Source: Armatimonadota bacterium
GTDB taxonomy: Bacteria; Armatimonadota; UBA5829; DTLH01
Direction: 5' to 3'
Assembly: GCA_038207085.1 (NCBI GenBank)
Contig: JBBRAE010000006.1
Span: 1,818-65,817 of the forward strand
Length of the DNA stretch: 64,000 nucleotides
A model generated the notes under the pieces. It saw only the letters and a list, made by a program, of their open reading frames with translations. It had not been told where the DNA came from and did no database searches. Made by a program: the position numbers and the translations under genes. Every line of letters starts with the position of its first letter. Within the stretch, counting starts at the first letter, position 1. Below are positions 18,115 through 27,777 of this stretch, one piece after another.

Positions 18115-19278
18115 ATGGACATATCTTCTTTTGACCTGCTGCTATCCGACCAGGGCCGCGGGCTGCTTGAGCGGCTTGCTTTGTCGGACATTTCAGACGA
18201 CAATCTGCTGAAGTTCATAGTGGACCTTCGAAAAGATCACTCACGTGAGCTTGTGGAGGCGGCGGTTGAGACGGCGATGCTTCGGCGGCGCGCCGGAGCC
18301 AAGTTCTCCCGCGCCGGGGAGATGTTTTTCAGCCGGGAAGCGCTTGAGCAGGCCTCGGGCGAGGTCGTCGCCGCGTATCGGGCGGAGCGGTTTTTCGGGT
18401 TTTCCAGGGTTGCGGACCTTGCGTGCGGCGTCGGAGGGGACGCAATCGGACTTGCCGGGGTTACTCAAGTGTTGGCGGTTGACCGCGACCCCTTGAGGCT
18501 CGCGATGGCGCGGGAAAACGCCCGAGTCTGCGGCGTCGGCGAGCGAATCGAGTTTGTCGAGGCCGACCTGACCGAGTTTGATACCCCCGAGGTCGATGCG
18601 ATATTCTTTGACCCGGCGCGACGCGCCGGTGGGCGGCGCAAGGTTTCGGTGCGAGACTACAGCCCGCCGCTTTCGATCATCGAGCGCTGGCAGGGGCGCG
18701 TCCCGGCGATTGGCGTCAAGATTTCCCCGGCAGTCAAAACCGAGGAGATCCCCTGGGACTGCGAGATCGAGTTCATCTCACTTGGCCGCGAGCTAAAAGA
18801 GGCCGCGCTCTGGTTTGGACCGCTTAGGAGTGCACGCAGGCGGGCGACTGTTCTGCCCTCACGGGCGACACTCTTTGGCGGGGAGGAAAACCCCTCGATC
18901 GCAGTCGTCGAGCCCCTTGATTATCTCTACGAGCCTGACCCCGCCGTGATTCGTTCCGGGCTTGTCGAGTCGCTTGCTGAGATGATCGGTGCGAGCAAAA
19001 TCGACCCAGATATCGCCTACCTCACCTCTGACCATCTGGTCGAGACCCCATTTGCGCGGGGGTACCGGGTGCTTGAGACGATGCCCTTTAACGTGAAAAA
19101 ACTAAATGTCCGACTGCGTGAGCTAGGTGTCGGGCGGGTAATCGTGAAAAAGCGCGGGTCGCCCGTCGAGCCGCAGGAGCTGCAAAAGAAGCTGAAGCTC
19201 TCGGGCGCGGGGGAGATGATCGTCGTGCTGACGCATGTGTTGGGTCGCCCGTCGATCCTGCTTTGTAGTGGAGAATAG
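18115..19278 (+). CDS. Class I SAM-dependent methyltransferase (RNA methyltransferase-like, with C-terminal extension), between def and fmt
   Basis: VADLACGVGGDAIGLAG (motif I), VLAVDRDP, and FVEADL...IFFDPARR. Confidence 0.6.
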   Translation: MDISSFDLLLSDQGRGLLERLALSDISDDNLLKFIVDLRKDHSRELVEAAVETAMLRRRAGAKFSRAGEMFFSREALEQASGEVVAAYRAERFFGFSRVADLACGVGGDAIGLAGVTQVLAVDRDPLRLAMARENARVCGVGERIEFVEADLTEFDTPEVDAIFFDPARRAGGRRKVSVRDYSPPLSIIERWQGRVPAIGVKISPAVKTEEIPWDCEIEFISLGRELKEAALWFGPLRSARRRATVLPSRATLFGGEENPSIAVVEPLDYLYEPDPAVIRSGLVESLAEMIGASKIDPDIAYLTSDHLVETPFARGYRVLETMPFNVKKLNVRLRELGVGRVIVKKRGSPVEPQELQKKLKLSGAGEMIVVLTHVLGRPSILLCSGE

Positions 19279-19282
19279 TGTT

Positions 19283-20230
19283 ATGAGAGTCCTATTTATG
19301 GGCACAAGCCCGTTTGCTGTCGCAGCGCTTCAGGCCTTGGTCGACGCCGGATATGAAGTCGTCGGGGTCGTCACCCAGCCCGACCGCCCGAGCGGCCGCG
19401 GCCAGTCCGTGCACAAGTCGCCGGTCAAGGTGTTGGCCGAGTCACTTGGGCTTGAGCTCTTTCAGCCCGAGAAGATCCGCGCGTCGGAGTCAGTCGAGCG
19501 CGTGAAGAGTCTTGAGCCGCTTGATTTCATCGTCGTCGCGGCGTTTGGTCAGATCATCCCCCAGACAATTCTTGACATCCCGCGCCTTGGGAGCATCAAC
19601 GTCCACGGCTCCCTCCTCCCCAAACTCCGTGGCGCCGCGCCGATCCAGTACGCCGTCCTTCAGGGTGAACCAGTCACAGGTGTCACGACCATGCTAATGG
19701 ACGCCGGGCTCGACACGGGCGACATGCTCCTTAAGGCCGAAACCGAGATTCACCCAGACGAAAACGCAGGCGAACTGATGATGCGAATGGCCGAGGTCGG
19801 CGCAGCGCTTCTGATTGAAACGCTACACGGCCTAGAACGGGGTGAGATCACCCCCGAGATGCAGGATGACTCGGAGGCGACCGTCGCCAGGTCGATCAAG
19901 CCCGAGGAGGCGAAGATCGATTGGACCAAGCCCGCGGGAGAGATCGTCAACCTCGTTCGGGCGTTTACCCCGAGGCCTGGGGCCTATACGTTCTTCTCTG
20001 GGAGCCGGATGAAGGTGTTTATGGCTGAAGTTGGGGCAAGTGAGAAGTCGGGAGAAGCTGGGGAGATCGTAGAAGTCGGATCGGACTCGATCACGGTTGT
20101 TGCTGGCGAGGGGTTTGTTAGACTTAGAGAGGTTCAGCCTGAAAACCGAAAGCGAATGAACGCGGGCGAGTTTGCGCGAGGGGCGAGGGTGATGGCTGGG
20201 GCCAAGTTTGACGGCGCAAACCAACCGTGA
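19283..20230 (+). CDS. fmt: Methionyl-tRNA formyltransferase
   Basis: MRVLFMGTSPFAV, VVTQPDRPSGRGQ, INVHGSLLPKLRGAAPIQ. ATG 19283 chosen at the conserved N-terminus; the ORF-track start 19235 adds 16 non-conserved residues. Confidence 0.9.
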   Translation: MRVLFMGTSPFAVAALQALVDAGYEVVGVVTQPDRPSGRGQSVHKSPVKVLAESLGLELFQPEKIRASESVERVKSLEPLDFIVVAAFGQIIPQTILDIPRLGSINVHGSLLPKLRGAAPIQYAVLQGEPVTGVTTMLMDAGLDTGDMLLKAETEIHPDENAGELMMRMAEVGAALLIETLHGLERGEITPEMQDDSEATVARSIKPEEAKIDWTKPAGEIVNLVRAFTPRPGAYTFFSGSRMKVFMAEVGASEKSGEAGEIVEVGSDSITVVAGEGFVRLREVQPENRKRMNAGEFARGARVMAGAKFDGANQP

Positions 20231-20560
20231 CTGTTCTTGCCGCTCTTTCCTGGTTGTTCTACGTGTTTGTCTGCTTGTCCTTCACAAAACCGCGCATCAT
20301 ATTGCCAAAACGCGCACCAGAGTGCTTGAAATCGGTATATAATGTTGTTATACTGCAATCGAGCGTGGGTAATTGTCGAGAACTTCGCGGATCCACGGCA
20401 CATTCGATTGCGTCCGAATTTTGGGCTATTTTCATATATCATTGGGTTGACGGACGAGGTACGCGCGGAGTTTCAAACCGTGCTCGCACAGTCGACCCGC
20501 AAAACGATACAGCAAAGTGCAACTTCACACTGTTGGTAGAAACGTGAGGCAGAACAGCTT

Positions 20561-22453
20561 TTGAACGGCCAAGAGAAACACGCCGTGTCCGAGTTGGTCA
20601 AGGTGACATTCGAGCCGGATGGCATAGATATTTTCGCGCCTGTCGGGGAGACCCTCTCCCGGGCGGCGCTTGGCGCTGGGTGCGCGGTCGAGACCCCCTG
20701 CGGCGGTATGGGCACGTGCGGCAAGTGCAGAGTATCGGTAGCCGGAAGCGTCTCGGAGCCAGACGCAAGCGAAACAAGATTTCTTAGCGAAAGCGAGCTC
20801 GCTAGTGGTATAAGGCTGGCGTGTCGCACGAAAATTACCGGCGAAGTCACCGTGACCGTGCCCCAGGCCAGCCGTTCTCTCGTACAGAAGATCCTGAGCG
20901 ACGGCATCACAAACGACGTTCATCTGCACCCGGCGGTTACAAAGCTCTATGTGAGCCTGCCGAAGCCCTCGCTTGAGGACGAACGCGGCGAGTTCGAGCG
21001 GCTTGCGGCTGGACTTTCTATCTATGACGTGGCGGCGACCATCGGTGTCGCGATGGCGCGCAAGCTGCCAAAGATTTTGCGAGAATCCGACTATCACGTA
21101 ACCGCGGTCGTTGTAGATAATGAGCTGATCGCAGTCGAGCCAGGCGACACCGCGTGGGCCAACTATGGCATCGCCTACGATCTCGGGAGCACGACAGTCG
21201 TCGGTTATCTTATAGATATGAACACCGGCCATGAGGTCGGGGTAGCGTCGGCGATGAACCCGCAAATCGCTTACGGGGACGACCTGGTAGCGCGGATCAA
21301 CTTCGCGATGACCGAGGAAAACGGCCTTGAGATGCTTCGCACGTCGGTCGTCGATGTGTTAAACAGCATCGCCAAGCGACTTGCCGAGACTCATGACATG
21401 TCGCTTGCGAACGTATACGAAGTGACGCTTGTAGGCAACACCTGCATGGCGCACGTGTTCCTCGGGCTCGACGTGTCAACCCTGGGCCTGTCGCCCTACG
21501 TGCCGACGGTCTGCAGCGAGATGGTCCTGCGAGCTGACGAGGCTGGAATGCTGATAAACCCCGGCGCAAGAGTTCACGTATTGCCAAACGTCGCGGGGTT
21601 TGTCGGAAGCGACCTTATTGCGGTGGTCCTCTCGACCCTTCGGGACGGTGAGAGCCGCACGCGCCTTGCGGTTGACGTAGGCACCAACGGCGAGATGGCG
21701 CTTGTGCACAAGGGACAGATTTGGGCGTGTTCCGCGGCGGCCGGGCCTGCATTCGAAGGCGCGAGGATCAGCAGCGGGATGCGCGGCGGGCCGGGGGCCA
21801 TCGACTCGGTCGAGATAGACGAGACAGTCAGGATTACGACGATCGACAACCGGCGGGCGGTCGGGCTCTGCGGCTCGGGGCTTGTCGATGCGGTCGCGGA
21901 GATGCTTTCTGCGGGGATCGTCGAGAGCACAGGGCGCTTGATCGACCCGGAAGAGGCGACGCACCTGCCGATGGCCGTTCGTGAGCGGCTTGTGCGGGTC
22001 GGCGACGGCGTCGAGTTTATCCTCGCGACCGAGCAGGAGTCGGCCAGGCGGGAGCCGGTCACGATCACGCAGCGGGACGTCCGACAGCTTCAGCTTGCCA
22101 AGGGTTCGATCCGTGCGGCGATCGAGACGCTTCTCAAAGTCGCAGGGGCGAGCTGGGAGGACTTGGACGAGATCTTCCTTGCCGGAGCATTTGGAAATTA
22201 CATTAGGAGGGAAAGCGCTGTAAGAATAGGGTTGCTTCCTCCGATAGATATTGATAATATAGTGCCTGTAGGCAACGCGGCAGGCGCTGGCGCGAAACTT
22301 GCGCTTATCTCCGTTCGAGAGCGGGAGCGGGCTAGTAGGTTGGCGGAAAAGATCGAGCATATCGAGCTTGCGAGCCACCCCGACTACGAGAACGAGTTTA
22401 TGGATAAGATGCTTTTCCCGGAAGCGGCTGGGGAAGTAATTACTGCAATATAA
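20561..22453 (+). CDS. Corrinoid reductive activase (RACo / O-demethylase activating-enzyme type): N-terminal plant-type 2Fe-2S ferredoxin domain plus ASKHA-fold ATPase domain
   Basis: N-terminal CGGMGTCGKCRV...C 2Fe-2S motif. A large C-terminal ASKHA/DUF4445-like domain has DLGSTTVVG and VDVGTNGEMAL phosphate-binding motifs. TTG start. Confidence 0.8.
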   Translation: MNGQEKHAVSELVKVTFEPDGIDIFAPVGETLSRAALGAGCAVETPCGGMGTCGKCRVSVAGSVSEPDASETRFLSESELASGIRLACRTKITGEVTVTVPQASRSLVQKILSDGITNDVHLHPAVTKLYVSLPKPSLEDERGEFERLAAGLSIYDVAATIGVAMARKLPKILRESDYHVTAVVVDNELIAVEPGDTAWANYGIAYDLGSTTVVGYLIDMNTGHEVGVASAMNPQIAYGDDLVARINFAMTEENGLEMLRTSVVDVLNSIAKRLAETHDMSLANVYEVTLVGNTCMAHVFLGLDVSTLGLSPYVPTVCSEMVLRADEAGMLINPGARVHVLPNVAGFVGSDLIAVVLSTLRDGESRTRLAVDVGTNGEMALVHKGQIWACSAAAGPAFEGARISSGMRGGPGAIDSVEIDETVRITTIDNRRAVGLCGSGLVDAVAEMLSAGIVESTGRLIDPEEATHLPMAVRERLVRVGDGVEFILATEQESARREPVTITQRDVRQLQLAKGSIRAAIETLLKVAGASWEDLDEIFLAGAFGNYIRRESAVRIGLLPPIDIDNIVPVGNAAGAGAKLALISVRERERASRLAEKIEHIELASHPDYENEFMDKMLFPEAAGEVITAI

Positions 22454-22484
22454 CAGAGCAGTAAGCCAATTAGGAGGACTAAAA

Positions 22485-23114
22485 GTGGCGGATCTTTCAG
22501 CATTGGCTCAGGCCATTATCAGCGGCAAGAAGGACCAGGCGGAGGCGATCACCAAAGAGGCGATCGCTGAGGGCATGCCTGCTGGTGATATCCTGAACAA
22601 CGGCCTGGTGGCCGGAATGAACGTTGTTGGACAGAAGTTCAAGGCAAACGAGTTTTACGTACCTGAGGTTCTTATCGCGGCAAGGGCGATGAAGGCGGCT
22701 ATGGTACAGTTGAAGCCGGCGCTCGCAGAGACCGGCGCACAGCCGGTTGCACGTGTTGCGATCGGAACAGTCAAGGGCGACCTTCACGACATCGGCAAGA
22801 ACCTTGTTGCTATGATGCTCGAAGGCGCTGGGTTTGAGATTATCGACCTCGGCGTCGATGTCAAGCCCGAGAAATTCGCGGAGGCGGTTACAGATAAGAA
22901 GGCGAACATCATCGCCCTCTCCGCGCTTCTCACCACGACCATGCCTGCGATGAAGGACACTATCGCCTCACTTGAGGCGGCCGGAATTCGCGACCAGGTC
23001 AAGATCATGATCGGTGGCGCTCCCGTCACACAGAACTACGCAGACGAGATCGGCGCAGACGGTTATTCGTCCGACGCTGCAAGCGCTGTGGACACTGCGA
23101 GGAGCTTCGTATAG
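22485..23114 (+). CDS. Cobalamin-binding corrinoid protein of a methyltransferase system (MtaC/MtbC/MttC-like)
   Basis: 209 aa with the B12-binding DxHxxG motif (GDLHDIGKN) in a Rossmann-like domain, and an N-terminal helical cap. GTG start is preceded by AGGAGG. Confidence 0.85.
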   Translation: MADLSALAQAIISGKKDQAEAITKEAIAEGMPAGDILNNGLVAGMNVVGQKFKANEFYVPEVLIAARAMKAAMVQLKPALAETGAQPVARVAIGTVKGDLHDIGKNLVAMMLEGAGFEIIDLGVDVKPEKFAEAVTDKKANIIALSALLTTTMPAMKDTIASLEAAGIRDQVKIMIGGAPVTQNYADEIGADGYSSDAASAVDTARSFV

Positions 23115-23157
23115 AAAGATCAACTGCCCCCAAGGGGTGGTTTGGTTTGTTGATAAT

Positions 23158-23200
23158 CGGCCCGGCTGCTTATTGCGGCTGGGCCGTTTGTTATTTGGGG
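23158..23200 (+). terminator. Rho-independent terminator downstream of the corrinoid-protein gene
   Basis: CGGCCCGGCTGC-TTATT-GCGGCTGGGCCG forms a 12-bp stem with two G-U pairs. It is followed by TTTGTTATTTGGGG. Confidence 0.55.
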
Positions 23201-23298
23201 CGGCGCTCAGTTCTTCGGGCTGGGTTTGGAGTTGTGCTTACGATGCGGCAGGCAACATGGGGCGGGTAGACCAAGATCATCTACAGGCCGGACGGGGT

Positions 23299-24285
23299 TC
23301 ACTTGGCTTTCGCGTGCCTGATAAACTCCTCGACTCCCCATATCTGCCACTGCGGGTCTATCCCGAGGCTTTCGGGGCTCCAGTAGTATCCGGCGATAAA
23401 CCCGCCGTTGAAGCTTCCGAGTTTGTCGATGTATTCGCGGGCGGTCGCTTGTATCTGTTCTTTGTCGGCCTTGGGGAGCTTCCACTGGGTGTCGATCGGG
23501 CTCCAGATCGAAACCCGTCCGCCGATGGTTTCACGGAGCCAGTCGATCCCCGAGAGCTCAGGCTGGTCGAGCTGAAGCACCGTTACGCCGACGTTGGCGA
23601 GGGTGGGGATGATATCTTTAATATAGCCGCAGGAGTGCATCCATGTGTGCAGCCCGAGCTTTTTCGCGTGCTCGACAAGCTCCCGGTAGCCGGGCTCGAA
23701 AATCTCATGCCAGCACTTCGGGCTCACGAGCAGCCGCTCCTGTGTGCCCCAGTCCTCGGCCCACATCACGCCGTCGGCTCCGGCCCACGCAAACTGATCC
23801 ATGCAGCCTTTCAGCATCCGGACGATTATCCCCTGAAGCTCCATCACCTTCTTAGGGTAAAGAAGAACGTCTGCGAGGAACTCTTCCATAAGCCGCATAT
23901 AGCGCATGATGGCAAACGGAAACCCCGGCAGGTGTCCGAGGTGATACTTGTCGGGTTCTGCGTCAAAGGCGTCTTTCGCTTCCTGGTATCGCAACTTCTG
24001 GTCAAACGAGGGCATCTTGTAGGTCGAAAGCGCGTCCCAGTCCTTCAGTCCGCCTTCGATCACTTCGCCCCGGGTGGTGTTTGAGAACCGTTTCCAGACG
24101 TTACCCCACTCGTCCTCCCACTGAGCTCCGTCCTCCATCTCCCAGGTGCGCGACGGCTTCCAGTTGGGGTCGGGAGCGACTCCCCTGCTGACAAAATCGT
24201 TTGGATAAGGCTCGGGAAACGTCATCGGGACTCTGTCGGTCCCGGTGAAGGTGACGCATCTTTTGACTCTTTCACGGCTAGTCAT
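23299..24285 (-). CDS. Uroporphyrinogen-decarboxylase (URO-D)/MtaA-family corrinoid methyltransferase
   Basis: 328 aa in the URO-D-like TIM-barrel family. It is convergent with, and adjacent to, the corrinoid protein and RACo genes. Confidence 0.8.
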   Translation of the reverse strand: MTSRERVKRCVTFTGTDRVPMTFPEPYPNDFVSRGVAPDPNWKPSRTWEMEDGAQWEDEWGNVWKRFSNTTRGEVIEGGLKDWDALSTYKMPSFDQKLRYQEAKDAFDAEPDKYHLGHLPGFPFAIMRYMRLMEEFLADVLLYPKKVMELQGIIVRMLKGCMDQFAWAGADGVMWAEDWGTQERLLVSPKCWHEIFEPGYRELVEHAKKLGLHTWMHSCGYIKDIIPTLANVGVTVLQLDQPELSGIDWLRETIGGRVSIWSPIDTQWKLPKADKEQIQATAREYIDKLGSFNGGFIAGYYWSPESLGIDPQWQIWGVEEFIRHAKAK

Positions 24286-24355
24286 ATCTGCTCACTGATC
24301 TCCTGACATTCCTTGTTTGCCATAGGGTAACACGCACTAACCCTGGGGTCAATCG

Positions 24356-26032
24356 CTACTTTGTCTCAGCGCTGATCCCCGCCGCCTGAACCGAGACTTT
24401 GGCATCTTTGATCGTCGAATCAAGCGTGACGAGAAAACTCGCCTCGCCTGATTTGTCGGTTATGCGGGTCGGCGCGTCGGGTGAGCCGCCGGTCACTTTG
24501 ATGCAGACCGGGATGCCGGGGACGCCGTTTCCTTTGGCGTCCTGCACCGTGACGGTCGCCGTCGCGATGTTCGGCGCACCGGAGGGGTCGGGCTCGACCT
24601 TGACCGCGAGCTTGGCGGGCTTGCTCGGAAGCACCGTCACAGGAAGCTCCAGGCGCTGGTCGCCTACGATCGCTATGATCTTGCCGTCGCCGGTCTTGGA
24701 GGGCGTGAAATACCCCTTCTGGTTGACAAACCCTATGCCGCCGCTCGTCCCCCAGATTACGACCGAGGACTGAGCTTCGGTCGCGGGCAGCGAGGTCGCC
24801 GGGTCGACGAGGGTGATCAATCGGTTGTCAGCCGAGGTCAGGCTGATCGGCCCCACATCGGCAAAGGCGAGTTCCGGGAGCGATTTCTTGGCGCTGTCGG
24901 AGTAGACAACGAGCGCATCGGCGACCGGCCTCTCGCTTCCACCCGACGGACTGTTGATAACCAGCCCCCTGATCGCAAGCGTGGTCGAGCCGCCGCCGTC
25001 GAGGTTGATCGCAGTGACCGCCCCGAGCCGTTTCATAATCCCCGCCATATCAGCGAGGCTCGCGCCAAGGCTGATCGACTGACGCCCGTCGACTGTGACG
25101 ATCAAGACTTCGCCCGACCTGTTCACCCCGACTGCGGTTCGCGGATGCTTGCCGATTACGACATCGGGCTTGAAGCTCTCTTCTGCTGCGTCTATTCTGA
25201 CCTCACCGCCCACGAGGAGCATGGGACCTCCGCCGACCGCTTCTGCCACGTCGTCCCAAAGGGTCCCGGACGCGCCCCGGACGTTTGCGCGCAGGGTGAT
25301 GCGGTCGCCCTTGTGGAGGTTTGTCGATATCCAGATCCCCGCGCCGTTTGCGCCCGAGAGGATCGCCCCGCCCTGTGGGATAGCCGCCCCTGATGCGGCC
25401 GCCGGGTTTGTCACGACGGTCGCCGTAACGTCGGCGTTTGGCCTGATAATACCATCGAGCGAAAGCGTGACTTCGATCCCCTCTTTCTCGCCGCTTGAGG
25501 GGCCAAATATCGGCGTATAGATAGCAAGCTCCGAGGCGCTGCGGTCGCGGTTGATCGCCTTTAGCGGGTAAGACAGTCCACCTGACGCGCGGACCGAACC
25601 CTCAAAGGTCATCCGGTCGACCACCACACCGCCTGCCTTGGTGAAACCGATCGCCGCGCGGCCCATAGGCTCGCTTATGATCTCTCCGCCTCTAATCGCA
25701 AGCCCGAGCGGGTCGCCGGTCCACGGGAAAAAGTCGGCGTTCACCCCCGCAAGCGCGCCTGTGCGGCTGACGAGTCGACTGATGGTCTCCCGCCCCTTGG
25801 TCGCGTCGGTTTCGATAATCCCACCCTGCCCGACTTCAGCCGCGATGCGAACACCGGTAGCTCTAGGATCGACACGAAGCACGTTTGTGATAAGCGCGCT
25901 TTTAGGGTTGGTGTTGATATCCTGGGTGAACTGCACCCCCGGCGCCAGCGTCTTGGTCACGGGCTGCGCAAGCACAGGAAGCGACGTTATCGCGATCGAC
26001 GCGGCGAGGAGGGATCGAAAGGCTAGTTTCAT
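24356..26032 (-). CDS. Secreted phosphodiester glycosidase family protein (NAGPA/DUF2233-like) with C-terminal Ig-like domains
   Basis: Signal peptide MKLAFRSLLAASIAITSLPVLA. Hallmark AINLDGGGSTTL motif. The C-terminal tail has repeated beta-sandwich-like segments. Confidence 0.7.
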   Translation of the reverse strand: MKLAFRSLLAASIAITSLPVLAQPVTKTLAPGVQFTQDINTNPKSALITNVLRVDPRATGVRIAAEVGQGGIIETDATKGRETISRLVSRTGALAGVNADFFPWTGDPLGLAIRGGEIISEPMGRAAIGFTKAGGVVVDRMTFEGSVRASGGLSYPLKAINRDRSASELAIYTPIFGPSSGEKEGIEVTLSLDGIIRPNADVTATVVTNPAAASGAAIPQGGAILSGANGAGIWISTNLHKGDRITLRANVRGASGTLWDDVAEAVGGGPMLLVGGEVRIDAAEESFKPDVVIGKHPRTAVGVNRSGEVLIVTVDGRQSISLGASLADMAGIMKRLGAVTAINLDGGGSTTLAIRGLVINSPSGGSERPVADALVVYSDSAKKSLPELAFADVGPISLTSADNRLITLVDPATSLPATEAQSSVVIWGTSGGIGFVNQKGYFTPSKTGDGKIIAIVGDQRLELPVTVLPSKPAKLAVKVEPDPSGAPNIATATVTVQDAKGNGVPGIPVCIKVTGGSPDAPTRITDKSGEASFLVTLDSTIKDAKVSVQAAGISAETK

Positions 26033-26342
26033 GGTCTTTGGGTTTGCTCCAAACTTGTAGTTACAATAACAATGGACGGGACGAGTGCTCCGTTCTCACC
26101 CGGTTATTTGATCAGATAGAAGAATGTATTAGTTGCCGGAGTCTGTAGTACGCCCTTTGATTTGTGCATCGCACCCTTCGAGAGCCTCAGGGTGAGGGGT
26201 TTGGGTGAAATGTGAGGGATTGTACCGCGCTCACCAATCTATCAAATATAGATCAATCCAAAACCAATCACGTTGAGGCTCTCGAAACGTGCGCTCCACC
26301 AAACTCTCAACACTCACCAATCCCTGGGAGCTAGCCCAATCC

Positions 26343-27125
26343 CTATCCCCGAATAATCTCCTCGATCATCTTCCCGTGCAGCGCCGGGTTCGCCGCGAGG
26401 ATATCCATATGCGGCTCTCTTAGATCAAGAGCGTTCCCCTCAAAGTCGGACACGATGCCTCCCGCTTCTTCGACTAGCACCGTCCCGGCGGCGATGTCCC
26501 AGGCGTTGATTCCGCCCTGCATGTAGACATCGGCCCGGCCTGAGGCGACGTAGGCGCCGATCAGTGCAGCCGAACCGAGGCGTCGGAAGTATGAGGTCTC
26601 GTGTGCGACGCGGTCTACGTAGCTTACGAATTTGGAGTGGTCGGCCCTGCGCCTGACCCAACTGACGGAGATCACGGCGTCCTGCAGGTCCTTTTCGCTT
26701 GAAACCTGCATCGTCACCCCGTTCAGAGTCGCGCCCTGGCCGCGTTCGGCGTAGAACATCTCGTCATGGAGGGGATCGTACACGGCTCCAAATTGGGCGA
26801 CCCCGTCTAGTGCAAGGGCGATCGACACGCTGAAGAAGGGTATCCCGGTCGCGAAGTTGCGGGTCCCGTCGAGTGGGTCGACTAGCCACAGATAGCCTTC
26901 GGTCGACAGCCCCGTCAGCCCGGACTCCTCGGAGAATATGGCGTGGGTCGGAAACTCGCGCCTGATGCGGTCCAGGATATACTTCTCGCTCTCGAAGTCG
27001 ACGTTGGTAACAATATCCCCGCGGTCGGCCCCTTTGGCGTGCCTGCTTTTGACGTTGCCGAACCCGGCCTTGATAATCTGCCCCGCACCGAGCGCGGTAT
27101 CTTTGATAAACTCACCGATTTCCAT
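26343..27125 (-). CDS. Inositol monophosphatase family protein (SuhB-like)
   Basis: WLVDPLDGTRNF, DVYMQGG...WDIAAG motifs. Start moved to the internal ATG (MEIGEF) at 27125. Confidence 0.85.
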   Translation of the reverse strand: MEIGEFIKDTALGAGQIIKAGFGNVKSRHAKGADRGDIVTNVDFESEKYILDRIRREFPTHAIFSEESGLTGLSTEGYLWLVDPLDGTRNFATGIPFFSVSIALALDGVAQFGAVYDPLHDEMFYAERGQGATLNGVTMQVSSEKDLQDAVISVSWVRRRADHSKFVSYVDRVAHETSYFRRLGSAALIGAYVASGRADVYMQGGINAWDIAAGTVLVEEAGGIVSDFEGNALDLREPHMDILAANPALHGKMIEEIIRG

Positions 27126-27203
27126 ATTGTCTCCTCTGAAGTCGTCTTTACCCACTACGGCAGTTGGCTGCGAGACTCCTTCAAAGGACAGCCAGCGTGA
27201 AGT

Positions 27204-27608
27204 CTAACGCCGCATCGAAACCCACGGTGGCCGCCCGATCCCCTCGCGAACTACTATGTCTGGCCTGCCATCGCGTTTGATCGACTGCACGGCGAGGGGG
27301 TAGAGCGTATTGTGGGAGGCGGAGATGTTCTTGATCACCTGACCTGTGACGGTGATTTTTTCGTTTGGTGTGAGCACGATCGGTCTATACCAGGTCGGGC
27401 AGGTCTGGAGTTCGCAGGCGCCGGTCGAGTCGCGCAAGACGAATCTGTTGGGGGCGAACTCCTTCACCCGTCCAGTTATGGTCACAACGGCCGTGTCGGC
27501 GTCTTTGATCGCGCCGGCGACGGTGAATACCTTGGAGTTGGTGAGAGCTACTTCAGCCATCACTCCAATCGAAATTGCCAGCGCAAACGCAATCGGAAAA
27601 AACTTCAT
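27204..27608 (-). CDS. Periplasmic bacterial OB-fold (BOF/YgiW-like) protein
   Basis: Signal peptide MKFFPIAFALAISIGVMA. TITGRVKEFAPNRFVLRDSTGACELQ resembles YgiW/BOF-family OB-fold proteins of about 130 aa. Confidence 0.55.
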   Translation of the reverse strand: MKFFPIAFALAISIGVMAEVALTNSKVFTVAGAIKDADTAVVTITGRVKEFAPNRFVLRDSTGACELQTCPTWYRPIVLTPNEKITVTGQVIKNISASHNTLYPLAVQSIKRDGRPDIVVREGIGRPPWVSMRR

Positions 27609-27777
27609 CAGCATCGCCTCAACCTCCAATAGTCTATTGCTCAGTTGTCAATATTTATACCAGAATTGGTGCGATATCAAACGAGATACTTGCTAGCCAC
27701 CAGCCTGGGGCTAGCAACTTTTCCCGTTGCCCGGTATAATTAACGGGATCGAAAAACGCACCGATCGGGGGACCTGT

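Noticed and set aside
20231-20560. Possible cobalamin riboswitch upstream of the corrinoid methyltransferase module
   Set aside because: No B12-box (GCCACTG) or other conserved cobalamin-aptamer elements were found. The region looks like an AT-richer promoter region with a TATAAT at 20337.
26033-26342. 300-nt intergenic region with a G-rich segment (GGTGAGGGGTTTGGGTGAAATGTGAGGG) and repeated CTCACCAATC motifs as a possible ncRNA
   Set aside because: No convincing stable secondary structure or repeat copy was found elsewhere in the window. It more likely holds the promoter for the phosphodiester-glycosidase gene plus 3' UTR of the phosphatase gene.
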